NCBI RefSeq assembly: GCF_001949145.1
Contig: NW_019091357.1
Location: forward strand, 1,915,704 to 1,979,703
Origin: Acanthaster planci
Lineage: Eukaryota
Direction: 5' to 3'
DNA: 64,000 nucleotides
In this document: piece after piece, positions 1-11,856 of the stretch
Position numbering within the stretch: position 1 is the first letter of the stretch
Layout: every line of letters starts with the position of its first letter
Notes under the pieces: generated by a model
Seen by the model: the letters and a program-made list of their open reading frames with translations, nothing else
Told to the model about the DNA's origin: nothing
Database searches by the model: none
Translations under genes and position numbers: made by a program

Positions 1-3000
1 GAACCACTATAAGTTTTTTTCTGTTATTGTTAATTCTGATCTCCAACTCAAAGCCTTGATATATATTTAAAGTTTACACCAAGTATATAAAAGAAATATC
101 GATTTTTCAAATTATGCTCTGTAATTCTAATTTTGGTCAAATGGTGCAGACAAGAATAAAATAAATGGAGGGATACATCACTTTTTTTAAACAAAGCCTA
201 GTTGTTGATTTAATTGAAGGCCAATCTTTTCCTACTGTAATACTGTATAAAGGGATTCGGTTCATAGTAGAAATAGCAACATTGTGATAATAAAACCTTG
301 TGAGTGATCAAATCTAACGTTTTCAGTATCTTACGAGAATGATTCACAAGCCTAATTTTCAGAGAAAACCAAATCTTCCAGTGGTTTGTCATCTTCAACG
401 AGAGCTAATTCTTGGTGCCATCGAATCGCCTCGTCCCGGAGTTCACTAGCCGCCGGCAAATGGCAGAGTGGCGACAACCTGGTTCCCGAGGAACCCGTCA
501 ATATGCCCACCATATTCGGAGGGTCCCGACACATTAAGGATTAGAAATCAAAACTGGCGAAACTCGAGAAGCCGCTGAAATTGGCTGCGGGACCCGAGAC
601 TGCCGAAGACAGATCAAACGCACGCCGGGCAGGGACGCGGCTCGTATCGTTTTAATCACAGACTCGTCCATGGTGGATACGAGGATGATGTCTCGACGCC
701 ATGATCCCATTCCGTCGGCGTTAATGTTTATAGTTCGACATCATGTGTCCATTTGGTGAGATTTTCTCACCTTTTGTTGAAGCAAAGCACGTGGCACCCG
801 CGCAAGCCAAACTCAATTAAAGAAAGCCATTAGCTTGTCTTGATTTCCTGAGTTATTAAACTTTCTTTACTCTTGTCTTTCCTCAAAACTCTCTTCGCAA
901 CCATTCAACAAAACTCCTCCTGAGCGACACTTACTCATCTCGGTATCATTGTAATAATGTTTTTGTTGTGATTTTTATATACTTACTTTTTAGAAAGTAT
1001 TCCACCCCAAATGGCCAAGGTTTCTAAAGAAATCTCTCTCTCTTTCGATTTCCACTCAGGAAGTATTTGACATCAGGCCGTTTAGCCCCAAGTAATACTA
1101 ATTTATGTTATTGATTCTTCGGGGCTGTAAAGACCTCACACCCATCTCGTCAAGCTAAGACAAGATTCTGCAACCTCTCACTCATCCATGAGTTCTACCA
1201 CTCAGTTTGAGAAAACAGTCACTCGCAAACTCGATTGCTAAATCTGTCCTTTAGACTCGAGGTCGACCCACTCAGGGGTTGGTGCAATTATTACGTTCTT
1301 ACTTGGACTGTATACCATCCCAATTCAGAAAGTAAAACCCGAGTGCACAACTTTTCTGAAAAGTAGGTCGCGTGTTCCTCTCCAAGTAAGTCTTATTCTG
1401 ATCACTATTTTGGTCTAGCGCGTCCCCGTGGGATTTTACACCGGTGATATTCACACTCGCGTCAGTCGGCGATGCGGTCAGGGGATAGCGGTACTAGTGT
1501 GTAGCGTCCAAAAAATTCTCCTGGTTTTGTGGAGTTTCTGTGAGGTGCGTCACGCGTCGTTTCAGACCTAGTTCAGACCTGTTCGGGGGCGTCGAGTGAC
1601 AACTCGATTCCAGAGACCTGGAGACAGGTCTTAAATGCAACTGCGGTACCTTTTTACCCAAGCTGTCTTCCATTTACGACATCTTCAGAAAGTCCATCTT
1701 GTGAAGGAAGAAAAAACAGTTAAGCGCTTCAGTGCGCGTTTCTCTTGTATTTTGGTCAGTGGAAAAAGGTGTTAAAGTGTTGCATGTCTATTAAAAAACA
1801 CGTGATATTCGCCACGAAATGTTTCTTCTGCAGGTTTTTTTTGGGGGGCGGGACATGAATGGTTCAAATAAAGAATTATCCTGTTAACTCTGTCCTTGTG
1901 AGCAACTTCATTCGTGGTGAGCTTCAAGACCTAAAATGCAAGATTGAAACACGATGGCTGATTGTGAAAAGAAGCATTGAATTTGGAGTTCATTAGCGTC
2001 CTGCGCTGACATTGTTTCACCTGGAAGCAATTAAGAATATTTATCGGAAGACTAGTTCAACTTTGACCACTCAATCTATCCATCCCGGAAACTCTCACGC
2101 TCTTTTGTAGTCGAGATCGTGTCAAAGAGCCAGGGAGTCACAGTTCGGAAACGACGGATTCGTTGGGTCGTAATCACCTCCGAGAAGACACTTTTATGGC
2201 CAGATATCCAGGCGATGGCAGAAGGGAGACGTCGTGAATTTATGACGTTTTCAGAGTGGGTTTGACATACCGTGCGTAAATCAAGGAAAGTCACTGGTCA
2301 GAAGGGATATCGAGCCGCCTCGTCGTGGCGATATGGAGTCAAGTGGAACTTTCCCATCTCGTCATATCATCGCGTTATAATTGCCGAAAATCTTATCAAA
2401 TGTCACTGAGGGCAAATAAGTTGTGGAAAGCCCGTGAACGTCTAAACATTTGAACGACGAGAACAAAATGATTGTTCACATTCTGCAAAGATTCGGCAGA
2501 GGCCAGAAATTACTTACTCGGAACACAGAGGGTGGATTTTTATGGGGAAAGTAATGATGAGAAAAATGATTAGAAAAAAATGCAAACGAATCTAGTTTTG
2601 ATAAAAATGAAGATTTCGCATTGTTTTTGAGCTTGGGACTTTGGCCTCTGCGTCTCAAGTTGTTCACTGCAATTTCGAATCTGCATCATTCTTTGATCGC
2701 TCGGTAGAGTTCGAACTCCCTGTAGATCCTCCAGCACCTTGGGATGTCTCAGCCTTTGGGGTCAATAAACCAGTTGCGTAGTCACACAATCCATGCAGGC
2801 CCATAATAGCAGACCCACCAAAAATGTCAACTGCGTGTCTCTCAGCAAGCGAGCCCGACCTAATTGCGCGGGACAGCCGAGCATTAAGGCCCGGCGCCCG
2901 CAGTTGGCCACGGCGCGGGCGGATCGGAACATGGGCGCCCCGTCGTCCTTTACCCCCGTCACTGGAACCGGGGGCAACGGCGGTTCTTGACCCGCCGACG

Positions 3001-6000
3001 GGGTAAAATGAGCGTACCTCCCACTATTCTCGCTCCTCAAATCGTTCAGAGAAGCTGTGCACTTGTAGTGATTTGTTGCAATCTTAAAACTTGTAGCCAA
3101 ATGTTTGCACTTCCTTCAAAGGGTGAAAACTTGCAGATGAGTTTTGATTAAATTCGGACGCTTCAAAACAATAATTAAACGTTCATTTTGTGTACGTCAC
3201 TTTTAACGATACTGTGCTTATTTTCTATCCCTTGTCTGCAAGTTAATTAGCTCTGAAAGACTCACACAAAGGAGAAGAAGAATTTCTCCAAACGTTCCAA
3301 TTCGAAACTCCCCAAAAGTACCACATTCATGCAGCTTGCGGCTGCAGACCGAAACGTAGTTTAATCGATACTCACGTCGGGCCTTAAGTAGGGTGATAAA
3401 TGACACCGGATCCGCCACTTGAAAATCCGGCTAACGTCCAGTCGTCCATCGACATTCACTGAAATGGTGATTAATGATCGATACCGGGGCATTACATGCG
3501 TCATTTGGCCTCGACGCGATACCATTGATGCTGACTTCAAACGTAGAATATTAATGATCGATACTCCTAAGGGTCGGGACGGGTGCATGACCTCGATGAT
3601 TACGACTTTGATCTCCACTGAGGGCTCAAAACATTCACCATTACTTTTTTCCCAAAAGTCAACCATGCCGATATATTTTCTGATGAATTTCCATTTCGGC
3701 TCTGCTGCAAGGGAAATTTTGAGAATTTGTACGTTCCTATTTCCTGCAATGGACTTGCATTAGTTTTTACTCCACCAATAGCACGAAATAAAAAAAAAAA
3801 CTTTAACTCCGACCCTTGATCACTGAAAATATTAATCATATTCCCAAGTCACACCTCAAGTGACTTGAGAGTGGAGGGGCGGGAAAAGTATTCGAATTCG
3901 GCGAATACTATAATAAAACCTCCTACATAATTATATGCTTGCATGAGCTTCTAACAAAACTGGCAACTGATAGATGAACATTTTTTTATGGATCTGACAT
4001 TGAAATCTTCAGAAAAGTCTGAGAGACAACTTCTGAACCAAACCTTTAAAAACTCCCATTTCGAGTGCAGGTGCATAAACTATTTTCACTCAAAAAAGGG
4101 TCTTATGTCCACAGTGGAACGACTAGAACGGCGTCTACCTAGCAGTCGGGTGATGTGTCTCCCGTTCGCTTTAGATAGGTGGGCTGAAAGTTATCCGTCA
4201 GCGGATATATCCCTCCGCGTCCAGGAAAAGACAATATCAAATCGCAGGAGGAACACAAACCGTTTACAAAATATTAGTGACATGTTGACAAAATGGAAAC
4301 GGTGATGTTATCAAGCCGCGAGAAGCCGTCGGGTTTTCCCCTTAAATCCTGGCTAACTTAAGTTTTTGCCCTTAATTAAACTATTTCTTCGCCACAAGTG
4401 CCGACCGGGAGTTTTACCTTGAGCAAAGGTGTGGCGCATTGATTATTTAGAAACAATTTTATACCTTGGCTTCTACCGAATACATGGCATGCGCCAAAGG
4501 AAGCGGCTATCCGTAGCGGCTGCAGCTGTCTCCCATTGACTTATGTACTACTTGCAGTCGTAGCCAAGTAATCCGGACATGAGCAATATTGGGATTGGTT
4601 TATATCTGTGTTCGGCTGTACTACCGAAATACATTGCGATCATCCTGTTTTAACACCAACGTTCCTTTCTATCAGTCTTCATTTAAAACGTGTATAGATG
4701 TCCCCCTTTCCTTCAGTTGGTGCAGTTGGTGTTGTTGCAGCCTTGTCATATCCATAATTTGTTTTTAATTCTCAACAGCAGTCCCTTATTTTGTGCTATC
4801 GATTTTTTTTCTGTAACAAGAGCTCGTTTCGAGGGAGGGTATCCGTAATATGGAAGGAAAAACAATATAAAGTTCATACCGTGGCTACCATTGGGACTGG
4901 AAACTGGAAAAGATTGTATAACAAGCGCAAGTGAGGTGCTTCATGCCACCAAACTCTGTGACTCCCAGCGCGGGCAGCGACCCTCACCCATCCCAGAGCG
5001 GCGCCCATCCATCCACCAGTCACGCCATGCTCGTCACGACCTCGTTGAAATGCCGCAGCAAAAAACTCCGACGCCAGTCTCGCGTCGTTAACGTCGAGAT
5101 CCTCGCCTCTTTCCCTTAACGATGCTTAGCGAGTGAAAGACGGCGAAGTTTGTCACATTGCGGGCCAGCTTCGGTGCGCGTCCGTTCCCCGGTAAAGCAC
5201 AGCAATTAGTGACAATTAATAACGGGAGGAAATGAAATATTGTGCTCCTGTGTTCATGGTTCCAAAACAGCAATTTGCCAGTGACAACCAAGCAGTAAGC
5301 ACCACAGCAAGTGTGGATTTATTTGAAGCACCAAACAAGTTTGTTATAAACATTTCAGTCTCCCATTTTATCTTCCTAATTGACAGAAACACTTACATCT
5401 TGTCTACTTTATCAAACACGTAAGGTGTGAAATACAGTGTTACTTTCTTTCATCAGTGTAAGTGCATGAAATTGCTCCCTTAGCCGACAGGCTGGCTTTT
5501 CTATCCTTACACGTTACGGCTACCAAAATCTATTGGTTCCTGCTTTTGCCATTAGGAGACCAACACTTTCCATCCTTTCTTACAACATGGTGTAGGCCTA
5601 TTGATGCAATGATGCATTGGAGTAGATAGACTCATCACCTTCCACGAGTCGTTTATGTACAGAACAGAAAGCTCAAGGGAAATCAAACCATTATCAAATT
5701 TTGTGTAGTTAGTCTGGAAAAGTGTATAATTTTTCGTTTCTGATTTTGTCTCTTGTGTCACAAAGCTATAGTTACAAGCGTGTATGCATTACTAAATTAA
5801 TTTGCTTGAGTGGTTTATCCTGTAGATGCTCCGAACGAGGACTATTCGTCAATATTTTCGTAACAAGGTGCTGCCAATATTTGCAAGAAGTGGTTCTCCA
5901 CAGTAATTTTTGTTCGGGGTCTGAAAACACATAAAATAAAATTAAAATACACGTAGTGTGTTGTTTGTATAGTCGAGGGATGGATCTGGTTCAGTTTTGT

Positions 6001-7954
6001 TGACGCCCGAAACATGCTGCCAACGCTTCAGTTGAGGTTTGAGCTTTGTTGGTGTCTCGGACAACATCCTTCTTCGACATTTTCGTAGCTGGACTGTTGT
6101 CTCCTGTTACACGTTTTTAACATGTTGACACGAAAATCCAAGTATTTTCCTCGTTATCACACCTGTCCTGTCTTGGCCTTCGTAGGTGAGACATCCAGCG
6201 GTTAGACTCCACAGGGAACTTTCTGGGCAGCTGTTTAACTCCATGTGTAGAGAATGCTGATTGGTCCAGTGGCTGATACGATAATTTCGAAGAATTATCT
6301 TGTTGAAGGACCTTTGACCTTTCGAGTTCTTACCAACAGAAACACAGATCACAATGTTCGTGTTATCTATCGGTCGTGGCTTTTTCATGTTGAGCTTGCA
6401 TTTCTTTTCTGATTTATCATTTTGATTTATTTTTCTCATATCTATTCCCTTTTTGTCCCACAGAAATGGCCGATGAGGTCACGGCTGTACGCAGGTGCGT
6501 TGCTGGGCTGCGTTCCTAATGGATCATGATTCGGCTCCAACGAGTGCTTTCGGTGGATATGATCTCCGATGTTCTTTCAGTAGGAGAGCGATGTGTCGAA
6601 GGAGCTGACTGAGAACTGAAATGATCAGCGAAAACGTCGTTTGAGCATCCACCAGTGACAAGCTGTAACTTGTAAGACAACTTGATACCAAAGATGAATG
6701 ACTCCTAAACTTGTGTAGAAGAAAGCAGTCTGCTCGACATTGGTCCGTAAAACCAGATTATTTGGGGGAAATGAGGTGGTATCAAAAACAATGACTCCAA
6801 TTTAAAAAATGGAAAAATTTGTATAGCAAAGTATTCACGTATTCGTACTTCCGACCTCCCATTCTCCTTCATATGTGGTTGCCTGGCAACAGATCTAGCA
6901 TCATCAAACTTGAAAAGGACACTCACCCCTATCGATACTGGATGGACTCGTGTAAAGTTAATGGATTTGTTGTATATATAATTTATTTCATGTAAATGCA
7001 AGTTTCGTTCCCGCAGCAGATGCTCCCGAGAATCACTTAATTGGAGAACGTTTTTATTCCAAGAAAAAGATAGGGAAAAAATCTGTCATTGTTTTTGTTA
7101 ATGAGTTCGTGTACATTTGTTCATGAAAGTTCACTCACTTTGAAAGCTTTTTCCAAATGTTTCAAAAACGTACTCTTTTTTTACCAAGGGGAAAAAACTT
7201 TTACAGGTGAGCGTGTAGAGAGGGGGGAGAAAAGTGTATATAAAGAAAATTCCATAGTCGTCTTCTTTTCCCACCAAAGTTTAAAATGAAAAAATGCTCA
7301 ATTGTTCGCTTAAAACGTTCTTCATATTCGTCGCTACGCTATTGTGATAGTATATAGTAATCAATGGCATTAATCTGTTGTCTACCTATTTCTTACATAT
7401 TATACTTAATTTCGTAAAAGCCTTCGACTTTCTGGAATTCTGTTGACGATAATATTTCGTAGCAAGGAAGAGTGATGTACAATCGGGTGTAAACTGTGCT
7501 GGTTTGGGCAAAATGAGGCACTGCGAGTACAGATTGTGGTGCAGAGGAAACAAAGCCCAAACAGAATAGGATATAATTTTCTTATTTTTATCAGGTGTAT
7601 TCATATTTTGCACAATGTTTGCTGAACAAACAAAATATTTGGAAGAAAGAGTGTGACAATCGCGCTGGCAGCAAGTGTTTCAGGAGAAACAGTTGCCGCC
7701 TTCCATTTTCGCGAATGCAAAACTCAAAACACTCGAAATCCCGTTTTGCACTGTTTTGACATGCCAATAAATGGGACATTACACTCCTTAGCTCTAAGCA
7801 AACAGATTTGCAAGGAGAGTGCCATCTCTTTTCCTAATTCCAGCAAGCTAACACTCCGATCTCGGCCTAGTTCACTCCACAAAAGTAGGCATCAATCATG
7901 AGGCTTGAAATCCCTCTTAAACCTTTTTTTTAAAGATTAGCTGGAAAAAGGTTA

Positions 7955-8183
7955 CACTGCAAAAACTGGGGTGTTAATTAAATTTAACACCCCGGTGTTA
8001 TCAGAACACTTTTCACTGATGTTCATATTTTGATGTTGTTTGGTGTTACTTTTAACACCCTCCAGTGTATTGTAACAGTTACAGGTGTGCTAAGTAACAC
8101 CAGTGGTGTTAAAGTAACACCTTAGGGTGTGGTCATCTGATAACACCAAAAGTGTTGATTTTAACACTATAGTTTGGGCAGTG
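7955..8183. mobile_element. Non-autonomous DNA transposon (MITE) with CACTG termini, CMC/EnSpm-like
   Basis: Imperfect terminal inverted repeats CACTGCAAAAACT ... AGTTTGGGCAGTG; interior packed with AACACC/GGTGTT sub-repeats; no ORF. Confidence 0.65.
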
Positions 8184-11100
8184 TGTCCGCTTGCACTAAC
8201 GTTCAATGTACCGTTTAGGTCAATACTACAATAAAGTGAGGTGGTTAGGCAGACAAGCGCATTTGGAACCCTGCTATACCAAAATGTCAATTTTACTTTT
8301 ATTCACCTGTCTTCGGAAATGGAGAATGTAATCATTGTATTTGTTGTAAAGCTGCTCAATAGTCTAGTCAAATTCCAAGCTTGTAAAGTGTTTGCTGTTG
8401 TTATTCTATTATATGTCCATAACGTGAGTTATATTATTAAAGACAAAACAATTGCTCAAAACAAAACTTTAACAACTCGACAACTGTCATTTTTACTGTG
8501 TGTCTACAAAGAAAAAATCGTCAATACCTTACATGATACGCAATGACGCAACTATGCGGCAGAATTTCTTTTTGAACATAACTTGCAACAATATTTGACC
8601 AACATGTTATGCCCGGAGCACCGCCAAAAATATACGTTGTTATACTGCCGACAAATAGGCAACCTATTTTTTTGTTATGCGTATCAACATCCCTCCGGCT
8701 ACAAGTGGCGGTAAAATTAACATCTCTCCCGCATGTGTCGGCGCTAGTCCCTGCTGCGACAAACTTGAATCGGCCTGAGCAGACGACAAGGAACATCTGA
8801 CAACGGTAACCTGTCCGCGTTTGGGCGCCAAAAATATCTGCCCGAAGCTTCCTTCCCTTTTCAACGGATTAGACCCCTCCATGGCAGATTGGCTATTATC
8901 GTGCATTTTAAAATATCGTTTCCTGACGAGGCACATGAACTTGGAAATTTAGAGACAAGTGTTTTCATCCTTCAGCCTAAAACTGGAATTTGGTTGCCAG
9001 TTTCTTTGTGAGAAGTCAACAATTGCAGCGCTGTTCAGCTGGAAGACACCGTTCTGAAAATTTTCTGGCATACAAGACAAGATTGTGGATTTCTGGAACA
9101 TCATGTATGTGTAATAAAGCCGTGGCTTGTGTTTTACGGATTGTCTTGACTAGGCGGGGAAATGCAAACCGCAAGCCTACAATTATGAAGCAACGTAGCC
9201 TCCTTTCTCCGAACTTTCCACACTCTGGCTGTATTTCGTTCATCCCACAACCCGCAATCAAGGACAAAGAGGAGGCCCATCTTCAACCTCCTCTCTCCCT
9301 CCGGTTGCAACGCCTGCTGGGTTTGAGAAAAAGGGTCAAAGGACCTTCGGGCATGCGGGGAAGTCTCCCCCCCCCCACACACACACATCCACCCGACCCT
9401 CTATCTGCAGTGTTGGTGTTTGGGACGGCCGCTGGCCATCCGAAGTATTTTGTCCCTCGTTCGGCTGCGGTGAAATGCGTTATGAAACACAACATGCGTT
9501 TTATGTGTCGCGGTTTGTTGGGTCAGTACTCGGGTGATCGGGTGACCTGTCAGTACGGGCCACCAACTGCTGGGCCACAACCAAGCGACCAGCTTTTGTG
9601 GGGAAAAAAAACCCTGGAAAAAAATGTACTCGGCGGTCCTTTCATTCTTCCGTGCGTTTTTAAAATGCCATTTCAAAGCAGTGTTTGCAATTCTAAAATA
9701 ATAAGTTCGATACTTACAAGAATTTCTTCGGCTACTAACTTGTACCGATTGAAGAATTAGGATTGTATTTCAATTTGCTTTAACCAACACTCTTTACATT
9801 ACTTCAAACTCTTTTTGATTACAGTTATTGCTTTATTTCAGATATATACGAGTAGTTGAAAGAGCAAATTCCGTTTTACAAATATCACTACCCCATCCTA
9901 AACTGTTGCCTTATGAATCCTTAAGTCTTGAAATAACCGGTCTCCATGTACTATGAGTTGCGTGTATTATACACCTAACATGTTACTCTTTACGTGCTCT
10001 GTAATATACCCAAAATTGAGATGCCTTTCCTTCAAAATTAACGTAGCTCTACAAATCAACTTTGGCGGTTTTAAAACAATATCTATATGAATTTAACGGT
10101 GCACTTTTTGACACTTTATTTCGCCTCGCCCATTAGCACTTTCTACCATGCGTCATCGTCCGTAAATTGGCTGCCGGCGCAGCGGGGCACTGTTTCTGAG
10201 CCACCCGTACTTTGGAGATGGGACTCTGTCGAAGAGTGCACTCTTTCCGCCGGGGTCATTGCCGATGTTTTCACGCTAAACGCGCCGGTGTTTACTTTAC
10301 CCGTATTATTTTCGTATTACCGCCGCATCAGTCAGACACCGTGGAGACAATGATTAATGTGCACTTTACCCGTTTGGTGATTGTTTGTCCAAGGGGACGG
10401 GTTTAATACTCTATTTTACTCCAACCAAATAATTATTAGCAGAGTGATTTTTCTACGTGGATTTGTCAACACAGTAAGATTATGATTAATGCGGTGTTTC
10501 CAACCATAAAAGTGACAGAAATGGGAAAATCTCAAGGTCTCTTCGAAGCAAAATCTTGATGTCCTTGAGGGCATTGAACAAGGCTGGCTTGAGGTGAATT
10601 TGAGCCTGCGAGATTGATACTGACAACCGTCAAAACAATGCACAGCACAGGATCGGCACCCCCAATCACCACAGATTTGGGATATAAATAAGGATTGTCT
10701 CAGGACAGTTGAAGATTGAGCAAATTAAAAAGGACTGACCGTCTTTATGTCTTAAGAAAAGGCATGATGCATGGTGACTTGTCGTATTTTTCAGTATTGT
10801 CCAGTTATTGTAAATCCTATTCCTGCTTTAAACACGATGCGCTGTAAGCCACTAACGAACAGCAAACAACCTAAATGTAAACTAAATCGAACAAAGATGA
10901 AATTAAGTATTGGGACCAGCCGATCTATGTGCACGAGATTTATTGACAATTAAATCACATTCTAGTTTGAGCAGCTTGCAACCGGGTTGTTCGGGAAAGT
11001 TCAGCCACATTACTGTGTTTCTTTCTCCAGGCTCCGAAAGTTATTACCAAAACAATACCGCCCGTAGCTGTTTGCTAACACCCGATGTCTCAATGAAAAC

Positions 11101-11399
11101 ATTTCAGATTTTCCAGGTTTCACACTGATGCCGTGCCTCAAGTGTTGTTCTGATACCAGAGACTAAACGGCTGTTATGTTTTGAGAATAATTTCTTGATT
11201 GTTCGTGACGCAGACCTTGGGCAATGAAAGAAACATGAACCACTCTCCACACTGGCGAGGTGGAGGAATGCGTCACTTTGTCGCCAGTCTAAATAGTTCA
11301 CCGACATTGGTGTTTTAAAAAGTGAATTTTACTTCGTTACGCTGAAAGAACTTTATTCGAAGTTTTCAGGCTACGGAAATTGTCCAGCCGCTCCGAGTA

Positions 11400-11856
11400 C
11401 TTTTGTGAACCGTTAAAGTGATGTAGCGCCCTCTTTAAAAAAAAACTGTTTTATGCAGTCCGACAAACCGAAATCAAGACCGTTTACATGTTATAGCGCC
11501 CTCAATTTTAGTTGTTTGAAAAAAGTACCATTAAAATGAAATAGCGCCCTCTGTCTTCTTATCAACAGGTTCTTCCACAACCCAAATGAGGGGGTGTTCT
11601 TCATGACAAATTTGAAGGGTGGAGGTTTTTCAATTCAATAGAAATAATAATAACAAAAAGTATTTAACACGGCTATACAAATTTAGAGAATCCCTTGCTC
11701 TAATTTTTCGCCTTGTGAATTCAATTTAACGGATCATATTTATGGTGTTTTATTGAACCTTACATTTGACTTACCCCCAAGTTTTAAAAATGAATTCGAA
11801 CTCTTCGAAAACTTTTATGACGTCATTTATTTTAGCGAGCAGACGACAAAATAAAA
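11400..11856 (+). promoter_or_regulatory. Putative SPO11 promoter / 5' region
   Basis: Directly upstream of the SPO11 ATG (context AAAATGG). Three TAGCGCCCTC copies (11424, 11494, 11542), two MYB-type TAACGG motifs (11410-11415 on -, 11727-11732 on +) and TTTGAA motifs. Confidence 0.4.

Noticed and set aside
6107..6439. 110-aa minus-strand ORF
   Set aside because: No recognisable motif or exon structure; could be UTR or non-coding.
8990..9760. 256-aa ORF
   Set aside because: TTG start, no recognisable domain, runs through a C/CA microsatellite; probably a chance ORF.
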